Made by a program: the position numbers and the translations under genes. From a virus (lineage: Duplodnaviria > Caudoviricetes), in IMG/VR virus record IMGVR_UViG_3300021255_000054: a stretch of DNA of 64,000 nucleotides. The stretch is one strand, 5' to 3'. Below are positions 48,446 through 57,648 of the stretch, in pieces; positions within the stretch are counted from its first letter, which is position 1, and the number at the start of each line of letters is the position of its first letter. Below the pieces are notes generated by a model that was not told the DNA's origin, searched no databases, and saw only the letters and a program-made list of their open reading frames with translations.

Positions 48446-48526
48446 TTGTTCCGAGGGACGGAAGGCGATGGAACACCGTGGCAAGTGCCGGCTTACCCAC
48501 AACTTGCGCACCGCCCCTCGAACAAA
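48446..48526 (+). ncRNA. Putative small hairpin RNA
   Basis: Follows TTGACT-16-TATAAT; ends pair (TTGTTCCGAGGGACGG / CCGCCCCTCGAACAA); no ORF. Confidence 0.45.
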
Positions 48527-48654
48527 AAATTTTCAGACTAATACTTGACTTTCAAGTAGAAATCTGATATAATGAAGATGTTCCAAGGGAACAAAAATAA
48601 AATTGTGCAGGGCGGTCTGCCGTAAACTAAACCGCAGAGAAAAAGGAGTAAATT

Positions 48655-49146
48655 ATGAAGACTGCTGAAATTATTTCTAAGATCATGGAAATCCCCGGTG
48701 CTACTATGGGTCGTGCGAACAAGACCAACTTTATCGTTGTTCCTACTGAGGACGGTTACAGCAAGGTTAGCGTGACTGCCGCTCTGGCTAAGGACACCAA
48801 GAACCACAGCGCTTTCAATTATGAAGCCGCTGTTGCCGAGTACAAGGCTTGGGAAGCCGAAGCCGCTCTCCGCGCCGCTGAACGTGCTAACAAGCCCGTT
48901 AAGGTCAAGGGCCCCAACCCCGAAGCCGAAGCTCGCCGTCAGGCTCTTGATGCCGCCATCACCGCTCTTCCTTCCTTCACGAATGCTACTGCGACCGATG
49001 TGTTTAATATGTTTGCCGAGGGTGAACAGCCCAAGACCGTTATGCTTGTCGGTTCTGCTCTTAAGCGTCTTGTCGAAGCGGGCGTTGTAGTTGCTACCAA
49101 GTCCGAGGACGCCAAGGACAAGAAGACCTATTACACTAAGGCGTAA
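48655..49146 (+). CDS. Putative DNA-binding protein with C-terminal winged helix
   Basis: ATATDVF..VGSALKRLVEAGVV..KKTYY; strongly biased codon usage. Confidence 0.65.
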   Translation: MKTAEIISKIMEIPGATMGRANKTNFIVVPTEDGYSKVSVTAALAKDTKNHSAFNYEAAVAEYKAWEAEAALRAAERANKPVKVKGPNPEAEARRQALDAAITALPSFTNATATDVFNMFAEGEQPKTVMLVGSALKRLVEAGVVVATKSEDAKDKKTYYTKA

Positions 49147-49297
49147 TTCCCAGCCCCTAACGGGGCTTTTCTTTTTGGGATTCTTTTTAGATGTTAAACA
49201 TCTAACTTATTGTATTGCAATTTCATTTTAAATATGATATTATACTTATGTAAACGAAAGGAGAAGGATACTCCCTAAAACCAGAAAGGAAAATGTT

Positions 49298-49585
49298 ATG
49301 AAGATTTGGACAGTTGAAGAATATATTGTTCTAGATGAGATTAGTTACTGCGTTAGTCAATTTTATGGTCATTGGGAATTTTCTACCAAAGAAAAAGCAA
49401 TTCAAGCAGTATATAATCATCTGCGCGAACTTAATATTGACGAAGAAGACATTAAAAATCATATTAAAGAATGGGATGAAGATGATGAACTACATCATAT
49501 GAGAACTAAATTTGATAACTATGATATGTATGATTGCCGTTATGATATTCGGATGATCGAACTTGATCAGAAAATCGAAATTTAA
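49298..49585 (+). CDS. Cassette acidic protein
   Basis: AAACCAGAAAGGA leader. Confidence 0.75.
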   Translation: MKIWTVEEYIVLDEISYCVSQFYGHWEFSTKEKAIQAVYNHLRELNIDEEDIKNHIKEWDEDDELHHMRTKFDNYDMYDCRYDIRMIELDQKIEI

Positions 49586-49725
49586 GGGCTTTGCGCCCTT
49601 TTCATATTTAGATGTTAAACATCTAATTTCATTTTAAAATTGCCTATTGACTTTCCTATTACTCTATGATATACTTATTCCAGAAAGTGAAGGAAAACAC
49701 TTAGAAACCAGAAAGGGATTGACTG

Positions 49726-50172
49726 ATGACGATTTGGTTTGATATGGATGGAACTATTGCGAACCTGTACGGCGTTGACGGTTGGCTTGATATGCTTCGA
49801 GCTTATGACCCGAAGCCCTACGCAGAAGCTGAAGTTATGCTGAATATGAGTGTGCTTGCGCGATATCTGCATAAGGCACAGCGAGCTGGAATCTCTATCG
49901 GGATTATCAGCTGGCTCAGCCGCTCCTCTACCCCTGAATATGATGAAGCTGTTGAAGAAACTAAGCTGGGCTGGCTTGCTGAACATCTCCCCTCTGTAGA
50001 TTGGGATGAAATCAACATTGTCGATTATGGTACCGATAAGTCCATCTTTATGAATAGTGATGAAGATATTCTGTTCGATGATGAACCCAAGAACCGTGAA
50101 AACTGGGATGGACTCGCTTTCACTCCCGATGAGATTATGGAAGTCTTGAAGGGACTGACGAAAGGGCGGTAA
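49726..50172 (+). CDS. HAD-superfamily phosphatase (5'(3')-deoxyribonucleotidase-like)
   Basis: FDMDGTIANL motif I, IIS motif II, K, ILFDD motif IV. Confidence 0.8.
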   Translation: MTIWFDMDGTIANLYGVDGWLDMLRAYDPKPYAEAEVMLNMSVLARYLHKAQRAGISIGIISWLSRSSTPEYDEAVEETKLGWLAEHLPSVDWDEINIVDYGTDKSIFMNSDEDILFDDEPKNRENWDGLAFTPDEIMEVLKGLTKGR

Positions 50173-50293
50173 GCCCTTTTTATTATAATTAGATGTTAAA
50201 CATCTAATTATATTCGTTGACAATTTTATTTCAATTTGATATACTACTTATGAAAGTTGAAGGAAAACAACTCAAACCGGAAAGGGTACTCGT

Positions 50294-51052
50294 ATGTATG
50301 TAATGATCTTTGATACTGAAACTACCGGACTGGACAAGCCTTTCTGTTATGATGTAGGCTATTTTATCGTCGATACTGATAGGCATTTTACTGCAGAACA
50401 GCGGCATTTCGTTATTGAACAGGTTTGGCACAATCTGCCGCTTTTTGAATCTGCGTACTATAAAGACAAGCGTCCGCAGTATGTCCAGCTTATGCGCAAA
50501 CGTCTTGCCATTATGGACAAATGGGGTTACGTTATGCAACAGATTAAGCGCGATCTGCGTAAGTATAATGTAACTGACGCTTATGCTTACAATTCTGATT
50601 TTGATGACAAAGTGTTCGCTTTCAACTGTGATTGGTTTAAATGCAATAATCCTCTTGAAGATATCGCAATTCACGATATTTGGGGCTATGCCAGTCAGTA
50701 TATCACAAATACTCCCGAATATAGGGCTTTCTGTGAAACACATAGTTTCTTTACTGATACGGGTAACTACAAGGCCAGTGCAGAAATTGTCTATCGGTAT
50801 CTTTCCGGTGTAGTGGATTTTGAAGAAAAGCATATGGGGCTTTATGACGTAGGGATTGAAGCGTTTATTCTTGATGAATGTATTCAACTTGGAGCAGAAT
50901 GGAATCTTGACTATAAGGTCAACCGCATTCTCCCCAGACAGATTGAAAAACCTTTTCAGATTTTCGTAGACGGCGAATGTATTGTATCGGACAATTATAT
51001 TAAGAAATATGTTCGTAACGATGTATACAAATTCACTACGGCCCAGTCCTAA
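50294..51052 (+). CDS. DEDDh 3'-5' exonuclease
   Basis: FDTETTG, AYNSDFD, HMGLYD. Confidence 0.85.
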   Translation: MYVMIFDTETTGLDKPFCYDVGYFIVDTDRHFTAEQRHFVIEQVWHNLPLFESAYYKDKRPQYVQLMRKRLAIMDKWGYVMQQIKRDLRKYNVTDAYAYNSDFDDKVFAFNCDWFKCNNPLEDIAIHDIWGYASQYITNTPEYRAFCETHSFFTDTGNYKASAEIVYRYLSGVVDFEEKHMGLYDVGIEAFILDECIQLGAEWNLDYKVNRILPRQIEKPFQIFVDGECIVSDNYIKKYVRNDVYKFTTAQS

Positions 51053-51307
51053 AACTGGGCCTTTCTTTCTTAGATGTTAAACATCTAAAACAAGTAATTG
51101 ACTTTTCCTAAAATTGTGATATACTTATAACTGTCAAGAGGAGATGCGAGGTAGAGAAAATGAGAAGCGCGCCTCTGAGTTCGAGAGACAAGGGCAAAAG
51201 AAATTCAAAAGAATTTCAAAAAACCTCTTGACAACTTCCCAAACTTATGATATACTTAATACGAAAACAGGGGAAGGAAAACCCCACAAACCAGAAAGGA
51301 TACTATT

Positions 51308-51646
51308 ATGAAGAAGACTTCTATGGAAAGACTCGTTGGTTACATCAATGACAATGCCGTTACTGACCTGTTTGATATTCGTGATGAGATGACGGCCGAA
51401 CTCAAGAAGAACAAGGATAAGGCGGACGCTAACCGCGCCCTGTATGAGGAAGCGCACGATATCGTGATCGACGCTATCCCGACCGAAACTCCCGTCACCG
51501 TTGCCGAACTGTTTGAAGCGATTGAGTCCGAACTGCCGGAAGGCTTCACCAAGGCTAAGGTGAATTACGCTCTTACCCATTACTGGGAAGAGGATGTGAA
51601 TAAGATTCCCGGTAAGGTTAACTCCTATACCCGTAAGGTGAGCTAA
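51308..51646 (+). CDS. Putative winged-helix DNA-binding protein
   Basis: PVTVAELFEAI..KAKVNYAL..GKVNSY; paralogue of 55523..55852. Confidence 0.65.
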   Translation: MKKTSMERLVGYINDNAVTDLFDIRDEMTAELKKNKDKADANRALYEEAHDIVIDAIPTETPVTVAELFEAIESELPEGFTKAKVNYALTHYWEEDVNKIPGKVNSYTRKVS

Positions 51647-51803
51647 TGCTCACCTTTTTCTTTTACAAGGAATTAGATGTTAAACATCTAAAATTGTATA
51701 CAGTATTCTTTTAAAAAAATGCTTGACAATTTTTCAAATTTATAGTATACTTATTCCAGAAACGGAGAAGGAAAACTCCACAAACCAGAGAGGAGCAATG
51801 CTT

Positions 51804-52214
51804 ATGAATAAGGCACAGCTTGAAACCGCTATTCGCAATGACTTTCTTGATTCTATTATGAAGTATATCTCTGAATCCCGTGAAACTGATGTGCTCCCTG
51901 TTAGCGCAAACGAACTTGCCGTTCCTTGTCTGGATGCTGAGGGCAACGAAAAGTGGGTTCTGATTAAGGTTTCTATTCCTCGTGGTAGCCGTAACGGCGA
52001 AGGCGGATACGAACCTTATGATGGTTATTCTGTCGCAGAAGATTACCAGTTTGACCTTGCTGATAAGGCAAAAAAGAAACGTGTAGCGGAAGAACAGAAA
52101 GCCAAGAAAATCGCGGCTGATGAAAAGAAGCGTGCGGAAAAGAAAGCGCTTGCCGAAGCGAATAAGAATCTGAAAGAACTCCGTAAGATTAAGGTTACTC
52201 CCGAAAGGGAGTAA
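51804..52214 (+). CDS. Hypothetical protein with Lys/Ala-rich tail
   Basis: Paralogue of 52342..52722 (DAEGNEKWV vs DLNGIERYV). Confidence 0.75.
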   Translation: MNKAQLETAIRNDFLDSIMKYISESRETDVLPVSANELAVPCLDAEGNEKWVLIKVSIPRGSRNGEGGYEPYDGYSVAEDYQFDLADKAKKKRVAEEQKAKKIAADEKKRAEKKALAEANKNLKELRKIKVTPERE

Positions 52215-52341
52215 CCCAATTTCATCCCGAGTTATTAGATGTTAAACATCTAATTATTCTATGTTGACATTTCCCAATATCTATGCTATACTATCCACGA
52301 AAGGTGAAGGAAAACACCAGAAAACCAGAAAGGAAATTGAA

Positions 52342-52722
52342 ATGCCTAAGATTTCTAAGACTGTTGTTGACAAGGCTCTGCGTGATGGTATTTTCTTTGA
52401 TATGTTCCAGAATGATTGTGGAATGTATGACTATGTAAAAATCAATGACCGCCAGTATGGCACTATCATTACCGATTTGAACGGCATTGAACGCTATGTG
52501 CGCATTGGCGCGATTGTCGCAGAAGAACGTGAGGATATGACTGCGCGCGAACTTATGCAGAAGGAAATTGATGAGTATAAGGCCAAGCAGGCGGAAAAGG
52601 CCGAAAAGGCTAAGAAGAAGGAAGAAAAGATTGCCAAGGATAAGGCCAAGCGCCAGAAGGAACAGGAACAGGAAGAAGAAGATGACCCTAACCAGTTTCT
52701 TCCTAATGAAGTGACGGTTTAA
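52342..52722 (+). CDS. Hypothetical protein with Lys/Glu-rich tail
   Basis: AAACCAGAAAGGA leader, ATG 52342. Confidence 0.75.
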   Translation: MPKISKTVVDKALRDGIFFDMFQNDCGMYDYVKINDRQYGTIITDLNGIERYVRIGAIVAEEREDMTARELMQKEIDEYKAKQAEKAEKAKKKEEKIAKDKAKRQKEQEQEEEDDPNQFLPNEVTV

Positions 52723-52740
52723 TAGAAAGGAATGATAATA

Positions 52741-53010
52741 ATGTTGAAAGTCACAACCTATCCTCACATTGAAGATTCTGAAATTGCTCGTCTGTGCGGT
52801 GAAGATGTAGCCGAACATATGTCTCTTCACTATGAAGCCAAAAATGGTACAAGTGAAAGCTTTTGTGTTCTGACAGAAGAAGAAATCAAAGAACTTGAAG
52901 AAGATGAAGATGATTGGTTTGATGAAAAATGGAAACTTGGCCTGACTAAAATGTTACTGGAAAATGGCTTCAAGCACGGCGATAGAGTATATATTGATTT
53001 CTTTTGGTAA
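52741..53010 (+). CDS. Acidic hypothetical protein
   Basis: GAAAGG RBS. Confidence 0.7.
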   Translation: MLKVTTYPHIEDSEIARLCGEDVAEHMSLHYEAKNGTSESFCVLTEEEIKELEEDEDDWFDEKWKLGLTKMLLENGFKHGDRVYIDFFW

Positions 53011-53027
53011 GAGTGGAGGAAAAGAAA

Positions 53028-53219
53028 ATGCCTGATGAAAAATGCCCCAATTGCTTATCGGGAGAATATGATGTTGATAATTACTGGGATGATTTTGATG
53101 AAGACGGTGGTATCAGAGTATGGGAATGTATTTGTTCCTCCTGTCATAAAAAATTTGATATCACATATGAATATAAATGCATCAAAACAACAGTTGAAAT
53201 AGAGGTTAGCGCAAGCTAA
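53028..53219 (+). CDS. Small Zn-ribbon protein
   Basis: CPNC..CSSC; GGAGG RBS. Confidence 0.7.
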   Translation: MPDEKCPNCLSGEYDVDNYWDDFDEDGGIRVWECICSSCHKKFDITYEYKCIKTTVEIEVSAS

Positions 53220-53354
53220 CCTCTTTCTTTATATATTAGATGTTAAACATCTAATTCTTTCCCTTGCAATTTCCCTATAACTATGGTATTATATCATTGT
53301 TCCAAGGGGAACACGAAAGAGGAAGGATACCTCACAAACCAGAAAGGTTACTAT

Positions 53355-54341
53355 ATGCGCAAAGAACTCCGTTATATGGTTTTGGACACTGAGACCGCCA
53401 CTCTTCCCTTTGCTAATGAAATTGCCCAGAATAATCCTGAGAAGAAGAAAAAAATTGCTATCGCTCGCCCTCTTGTGTATGATATTGGTTGGACTATCAC
53501 CAACCGCAAGGGCGAGATTTTGGATAAGAAGCAGTTTCTGATTGCCGAAACTTTTGCCGTTCCCGCCGTGTTCAATACTGCATATTATGCAGAAAAGCGG
53601 CCGCTCTATCTGGAAATGTTGAAAGAGAACAAGACCTCTATCAAGCCGTGGGGCGAAGTGATGGAACTCTTTGTTGAAGATCTTCAGCAGGTCGATGCCG
53701 TTGGGGCATACAATGCAATGTTTGACTTCAAGAAAGCAATTCCCTTTACTGAACTGTACATTAACAAACTGTACAGCCCTGATTATCAGAATTGGGAGTT
53801 CCTTCAGCGCAAGATGTGTACTAAGATTGCTAACGAGAAGTATCAGAAGAAGGAAGAAAAAGAATTTGATGGTGATTTCTTCACCTTCCGTGGCAAGTCT
53901 TATCCTCTGTTTGACCTTTGGGGACTTGCGACCAAGCACCTTTTGAATAACGCCACTTATAAGAAACAGTGCCTTGACCATAATCTTTTAACCGCAAGCG
54001 GAACATTCTTCAAGACTAGCGCCGAATCTTCTTTTCAATATCTATGCGACCGCTATGATTTTGAAGAAAGTCACACCGCACTTGATGACGCTATGATTGA
54101 AACCCATATTCTTTCTTGTGTAGCCAAGAAGCACGCTATCTCTACTGGAATTACTTTCTTCCCCTTCCGTGAATTGGGTACTACTACTGAATTTGTAATG
54201 CGTAGGAAAACTCCTCACATTAATGAAGTAATGGTAGTATATGAAGCAATCATAGCATATATTGAAACCAAGGAAGAATCTCGGTACGTGGTTGGATTGC
54301 GTAATATGTTGAAAGAATTGGAAGAATATATGGCGGGATAA
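53355..54341 (+). CDS. DEDDh 3'-5' exonuclease (second paralogue)
   Basis: LDTETAT, AYNAMFD, HTALDDA; shares AYY..KR..Y and DxWG with 50294. Confidence 0.85.
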   Translation: MRKELRYMVLDTETATLPFANEIAQNNPEKKKKIAIARPLVYDIGWTITNRKGEILDKKQFLIAETFAVPAVFNTAYYAEKRPLYLEMLKENKTSIKPWGEVMELFVEDLQQVDAVGAYNAMFDFKKAIPFTELYINKLYSPDYQNWEFLQRKMCTKIANEKYQKKEEKEFDGDFFTFRGKSYPLFDLWGLATKHLLNNATYKKQCLDHNLLTASGTFFKTSAESSFQYLCDRYDFEESHTALDDAMIETHILSCVAKKHAISTGITFFPFRELGTTTEFVMRRKTPHINEVMVVYEAIIAYIETKEESRYVVGLRNMLKELEEYMAG

Positions 54342-54473
54342 CCGCCATATTTCATTTCAGATTATTAGATGTTAAACATCTAAAAAGAAATATTGACTTT
54401 CTCCTAAAATTGAGTATAATATAATCATCAGGTGAAGGAAAACACCGAAACACCAGAAAGGAAGTTTAAAACT

Positions 54474-54683
54474 ATGAAGAAGCCGATTACCGTTCGTGTC
54501 AAGAAAACACTGACTTTTGATGAAACTGACGTGTGTAGCATCGCCAAAGATATGTCATATACTTTCTGGAACTCAGGATATTTTGAAGACATTGAACCCA
54601 GCGATATTGATGATGAAGATTTCGCAGGTCTGGTTCGCGCCATCGCCGATGAGTTTCAGAAAATTGTGGAGGAAGATAAATAA
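54474..54683 (+). CDS. Small acidic protein
   Basis: CCAGAAAGGA leader. Confidence 0.7.
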   Translation: MKKPITVRVKKTLTFDETDVCSIAKDMSYTFWNSGYFEDIEPSDIDDEDFAGLVRAIADEFQKIVEEDK

Positions 54684-54786
54684 TATGGAAATTAATGTGC
54701 GTGCGAAACATATATTCAATGAGGACTAATAGTCCTCTTTTTTATTTATAATAATTAGATGTTAAACATCTAATAAAAAATGGCGC

Positions 54787-55050
54787 TTATCGCGCCAACT
54801 TCAGAATCCGTTTGAACCAACTAACTTTCTCTTCGTAAATAGGTTCAACAGTAATTTCATAGATAATCTTATGCTTTTCTCTATCCATCAAATACAGACG
54901 AGGACTTCCCATATAATACCATACAGTTTTTCCTCTCTCGTGAACAAAATCCAAAATAGCTTTATCAGGAATATGTCTATCAAATTCCTGACCGCCATAC
55001 ATAATATCCAAACCATCTTTCTTAGGGATATACACAAGGCGCTTTTTCAT
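54787..55050 (-). CDS. Hypothetical protein (inverted cassette)
   Basis: TAATG coupling with 55050..55205; terminator at 54775-54797. Confidence 0.7.
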   Translation of the reverse strand: MKKRLVYIPKKDGLDIMYGGQEFDRHIPDKAILDFVHERGKTVWYYMGSPRLYLMDREKHKIIYEITVEPIYEEKVSWFKRILKLAR

Positions 55051-55205
55051 TATCCAATCACCACCTGAATTTCCATATTCTCTCCACACTTATACTGAAT
55101 CAAATCATTAGCCCGCTTTTCCGCTTCTTCCATAGTATTAAAAACTTCATTGACCTCAACAAAATAACCAAGGGGCCAGCACGTACCAGTCAGACGATAC
55201 TTCAT
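55050..55205 (-). CDS. Small protein (51 aa, inverted cassette)
   Basis: Minus-strand TTGACT-16-TATAAT at 55237-55264; GGGAG RBS. Confidence 0.65.
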   Translation of the reverse strand: MKYRLTGTCWPLGYFVEVNEVFNTMEEAEKRANDLIQYKCGENMEIQVVIG

Positions 55206-55522
55206 TCCATCATCGCTCCCTTCATTTGATAATTACATTATACTCAGATTTTCCTAAAAGTCAACTACCATTATTAGATGTTAAACATCTAACTATTAGT
55301 GGTTGACTTTTCTCTAATTTGTGATATACTTATAACTGTCAGAGGGAGAACGGGAGCGGAAACAAATCTCCTTGGAAACAGAAGACCCGATGTTTCTCTT
55401 GACCGAAAATAAAAGGGAGAAAATTTTCGGAAACCTCTTGACAAGCTTCCAAAACTGTGGTACAATAACCACGAAAGATGAAGGGAAGGAAAACCCTAAA
55501 AACCAGAAAGGAAATGAAACCT

Positions 55523-55852
55523 ATGAAAAAGACTACTATGACCGCCATCGTTACCGCTCTGACTGCTATCGACTCTGAGAAGTATTCCGACCTGATCGCC
55601 GAAGTTAATGCCGAACTGAACAAGGGCGCGGAGCAGAAGCAGAAGAATGCCGATGCCTATGAGTCCATCCACGATCTGGTTGTTGGCAATCTGGGCGATG
55701 CTCCTTGCACCTGCGCCGAACTGTATGAAGCCATCAAGGATGAACTGCCTGATGGTATGGGCAAGGGCAAGGTTCAGTATGCTCTGACTCACCTGTGGCA
55801 GGATGAGATTGTGAAGATTGAGGGTAAGCCGAATACCTATCGGAGGGCGTAA
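55523..55852 (+). CDS. Putative winged-helix DNA-binding protein
   Basis: PCTCAELYEAI..KGKVQYALTH..GKPNTY; paralogue of 51308. Confidence 0.65.
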   Translation: MKKTTMTAIVTALTAIDSEKYSDLIAEVNAELNKGAEQKQKNADAYESIHDLVVGNLGDAPCTCAELYEAIKDELPDGMGKGKVQYALTHLWQDEIVKIEGKPNTYRRA

Positions 55853-55861
55853 GCCCTCCAC

Positions 55862-56208
55862 GGGTTGTGCGGTAAGACATCGGCTCGCACAGATACGTAG
55901 AACATCGGTGGATTAAGCGTATCAACCACGAGGAGATTTCTGAAGGTTTACAGTGTGGCTAAACAACTAAAGCCTTCCCACGAGGGTTTCCAAGGGCTTT
56001 CAGTGTGGTTAAACAACATAAGCCCTTTTATATGGCGATGGAGGGACACGGCCTACCCCACAGTTAGCAAGTTCGACTCTTGCCGTTGCCACGACTTACC
56101 TAGTGGCAGAAGCCCTATCCACTTAAAAACGTGGGCGGATGAAGTAGACCATCAAAGCAACTACAGTGAGGGCGCTTACCCCACAACCGCCTTCGGGCGG
56201 TATTTTTA
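55862..56208 (+). ncRNA. Putative ~340-nt structured RNA with tRNA-like domain
   Basis: Closing stem GGTTGTGCGGTAAG/CTTACCCCACAACC; twin hairpins; acceptor-like stem GGCGATG/CGTTGCC with T-arm GCAAG-TTCGACT-CTTGC (56034-56091); terminator ACCGCC-TTCG-GGCGGT. Confidence 0.55.
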
Positions 56209-56311
56209 TTTTCAATTATTAGATGTTAAACATCTAATTAAAGGTATTGCAATTTTCCTATAATATGATATAATAGCATTGTTCCAAGAGGAACGGAAAG
56301 GATGAAGTAAA

Positions 56312-56515
56312 ATGGAAAAACCTATTCGCAAATTTCAGTACATCAATGCATATGGTATCAAGAAACAACTTAATGTATATGAAATGGTCAATAATAAGTA
56401 TCCAGTAGAACTGTGGGCAACTAGATATGGGGAATATTGTGGGTCAGGTGAAATGACGAAACAAGAACTTAACGATTATTTAGAGCACTTTGGTATTACG
56501 GAAAGGATGGAATAA
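56312..56515 (+). CDS. Cassette hypothetical protein
   Basis: AAAGGA RBS. Confidence 0.7.
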   Translation: MEKPIRKFQYINAYGIKKQLNVYEMVNNKYPVELWATRYGEYCGSGEMTKQELNDYLEHFGITERME

Positions 56516-56516
56516 A

Positions 56517-56759
56517 ATGAAAATTTATGAAGTTATCGAGTATGTAGATAATGCAGAAAATGCTTTTGGCTACTATTCTTCTCTTGAAAAGGCACAGCAG
56601 GGAATTTTGACACGAGTAAAAGATGCTTATACAGATGAAGAGATGAAAGCTTTTCATTTTGATGAAGATGGATATGGCTATTCGACCACAGAAAATGAAT
56701 GGGTAGCCGCTTGTGATTATGTAATCTTTGAACACGAATTGGATAAGGAGATGGAGTAA
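56517..56759 (+). CDS. Acidic hypothetical protein
   Basis: AAAGGA RBS; ATG 56517. Confidence 0.7.
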   Translation: MKIYEVIEYVDNAENAFGYYSSLEKAQQGILTRVKDAYTDEEMKAFHFDEDGYGYSTTENEWVAACDYVIFEHELDKEME

Positions 56760-56760
56760 A

Positions 56761-57015
56761 ATGCAGACAATTAAAAACTGGTTCGGCATTGAAACTTCCT
56801 ATAAGTTTGAATGGAATGACCTTCGTTGCGGCATTACTATCTTGAATGTAGTTCTGATTATGCTCTTTGGCTTGCAGGTATCTTGGTTCGGGCTTGCAAT
56901 CGCGCTCTTTGGTGTGTGTAAAGACCTCTCCCAGCATCGGCATATCAATGATATTCTTATGCACTTGTCTAGTGTAGTATTGAATGTATACTTCCTTTCC
57001 CTTCTGTATAGGTAG
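56761..57015 (+). CDS. Small membrane protein ending in TAG
   Basis: Three hydrophobic segments; TAG 57013-57015 lies in a terminator-like hairpin. Confidence 0.7.
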   Translation: MQTIKNWFGIETSYKFEWNDLRCGITILNVVLIMLFGLQVSWFGLAIALFGVCKDLSQHRHINDILMHLSSVVLNVYFLSLLYR

Positions 57016-57127
57016 GCAATGCCTATCTTCCATACTTAGATGTTAAACATCTAAAAGTTTCTCTTGCATTTTTTCCAAAGTATGATATAATTATATCGTT
57101 CCAAGGGAACAGAAAGGATGATTGAGA

Positions 57128-57403
57128 ATGCGTGAACTATATGAAAAATACTACACTATCAGATTGTGGTTTCAGCCCGATGACCGTGTGACCCCAGACA
57201 TCATTGACCTTGAAGGCGAGTATGATTCTGAAGAAGAAGCAATAGTATTCGCGCGAGAACACATTCCTCTTACTTTTGGATGGGAACATATTATTGTTCC
57301 TCATTATCGAAAACTTTCAAATTTAAAGTTGACAAATACTCCTAATGGTGATATAATGATGATGATCTCGAAAGGAAAGGAAAGGAGTAATGAGAGTGAA
57401 TAA
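57128..57403 (+). CDS. Cassette hypothetical protein
   Basis: AAAGGA RBS; 3' end overlaps internal promoter 57329-57357. Confidence 0.6.
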   Translation: MRELYEKYYTIRLWFQPDDRVTPDIIDLEGEYDSEEEAIVFAREHIPLTFGWEHIIVPHYRKLSNLKLTNTPNGDIMMMISKGKERSNESE

Positions 57404-57560
57404 CATCATTCCGATTGATTCTGAGGAAAAGGAACTTTGTTGTTTGTGTATATTAGGTCTTGTGCTTTATGATTATATGACACCTTCGGCAAGACAATTA
57501 TATGATACTCTTACTGAAGAAGACAAGCAAGAGATTAAGAAAAAATTTATAAAAGGATAA
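57390..57560 (+). CDS. Small protein (56 aa)
   Basis: AAAGGAG RBS; own TTGACA-17-TATAAT promoter. Confidence 0.55.
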   Translation: MRVNNIIPIDSEEKELCCLCILGLVLYDYMTPSARQLYDTLTEEDKQEIKKKFIKG

Positions 57561-57648
57561 TGAGTATGAAGTATCAGTACTACAAGGGAGAGTAAAACTC
57601 TCCCTTTTATTTTTAGATGTTAAACATCTAAATAAAAAAGTATGCACA

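Noticed and set aside
56034-56091. Amber suppressor tRNA (a CTA triplet occurs at 56053)
   Set aside because: No D arm, no canonical 5-bp stem with 7-nt anticodon loop, and too short; kept only as tRNA-like
55955-56263. Track ORF of 102 aa
   Set aside because: Runs through a terminator and a palindrome, has no good RBS, and overlaps structured RNA
42305-56728. Extended N-termini given by the track (e.g. 42305, 43314, 46496, 51723, 52261, 53283)
   Set aside because: They begin within or upstream of the promoter; the downstream ATG with an RBS was used instead
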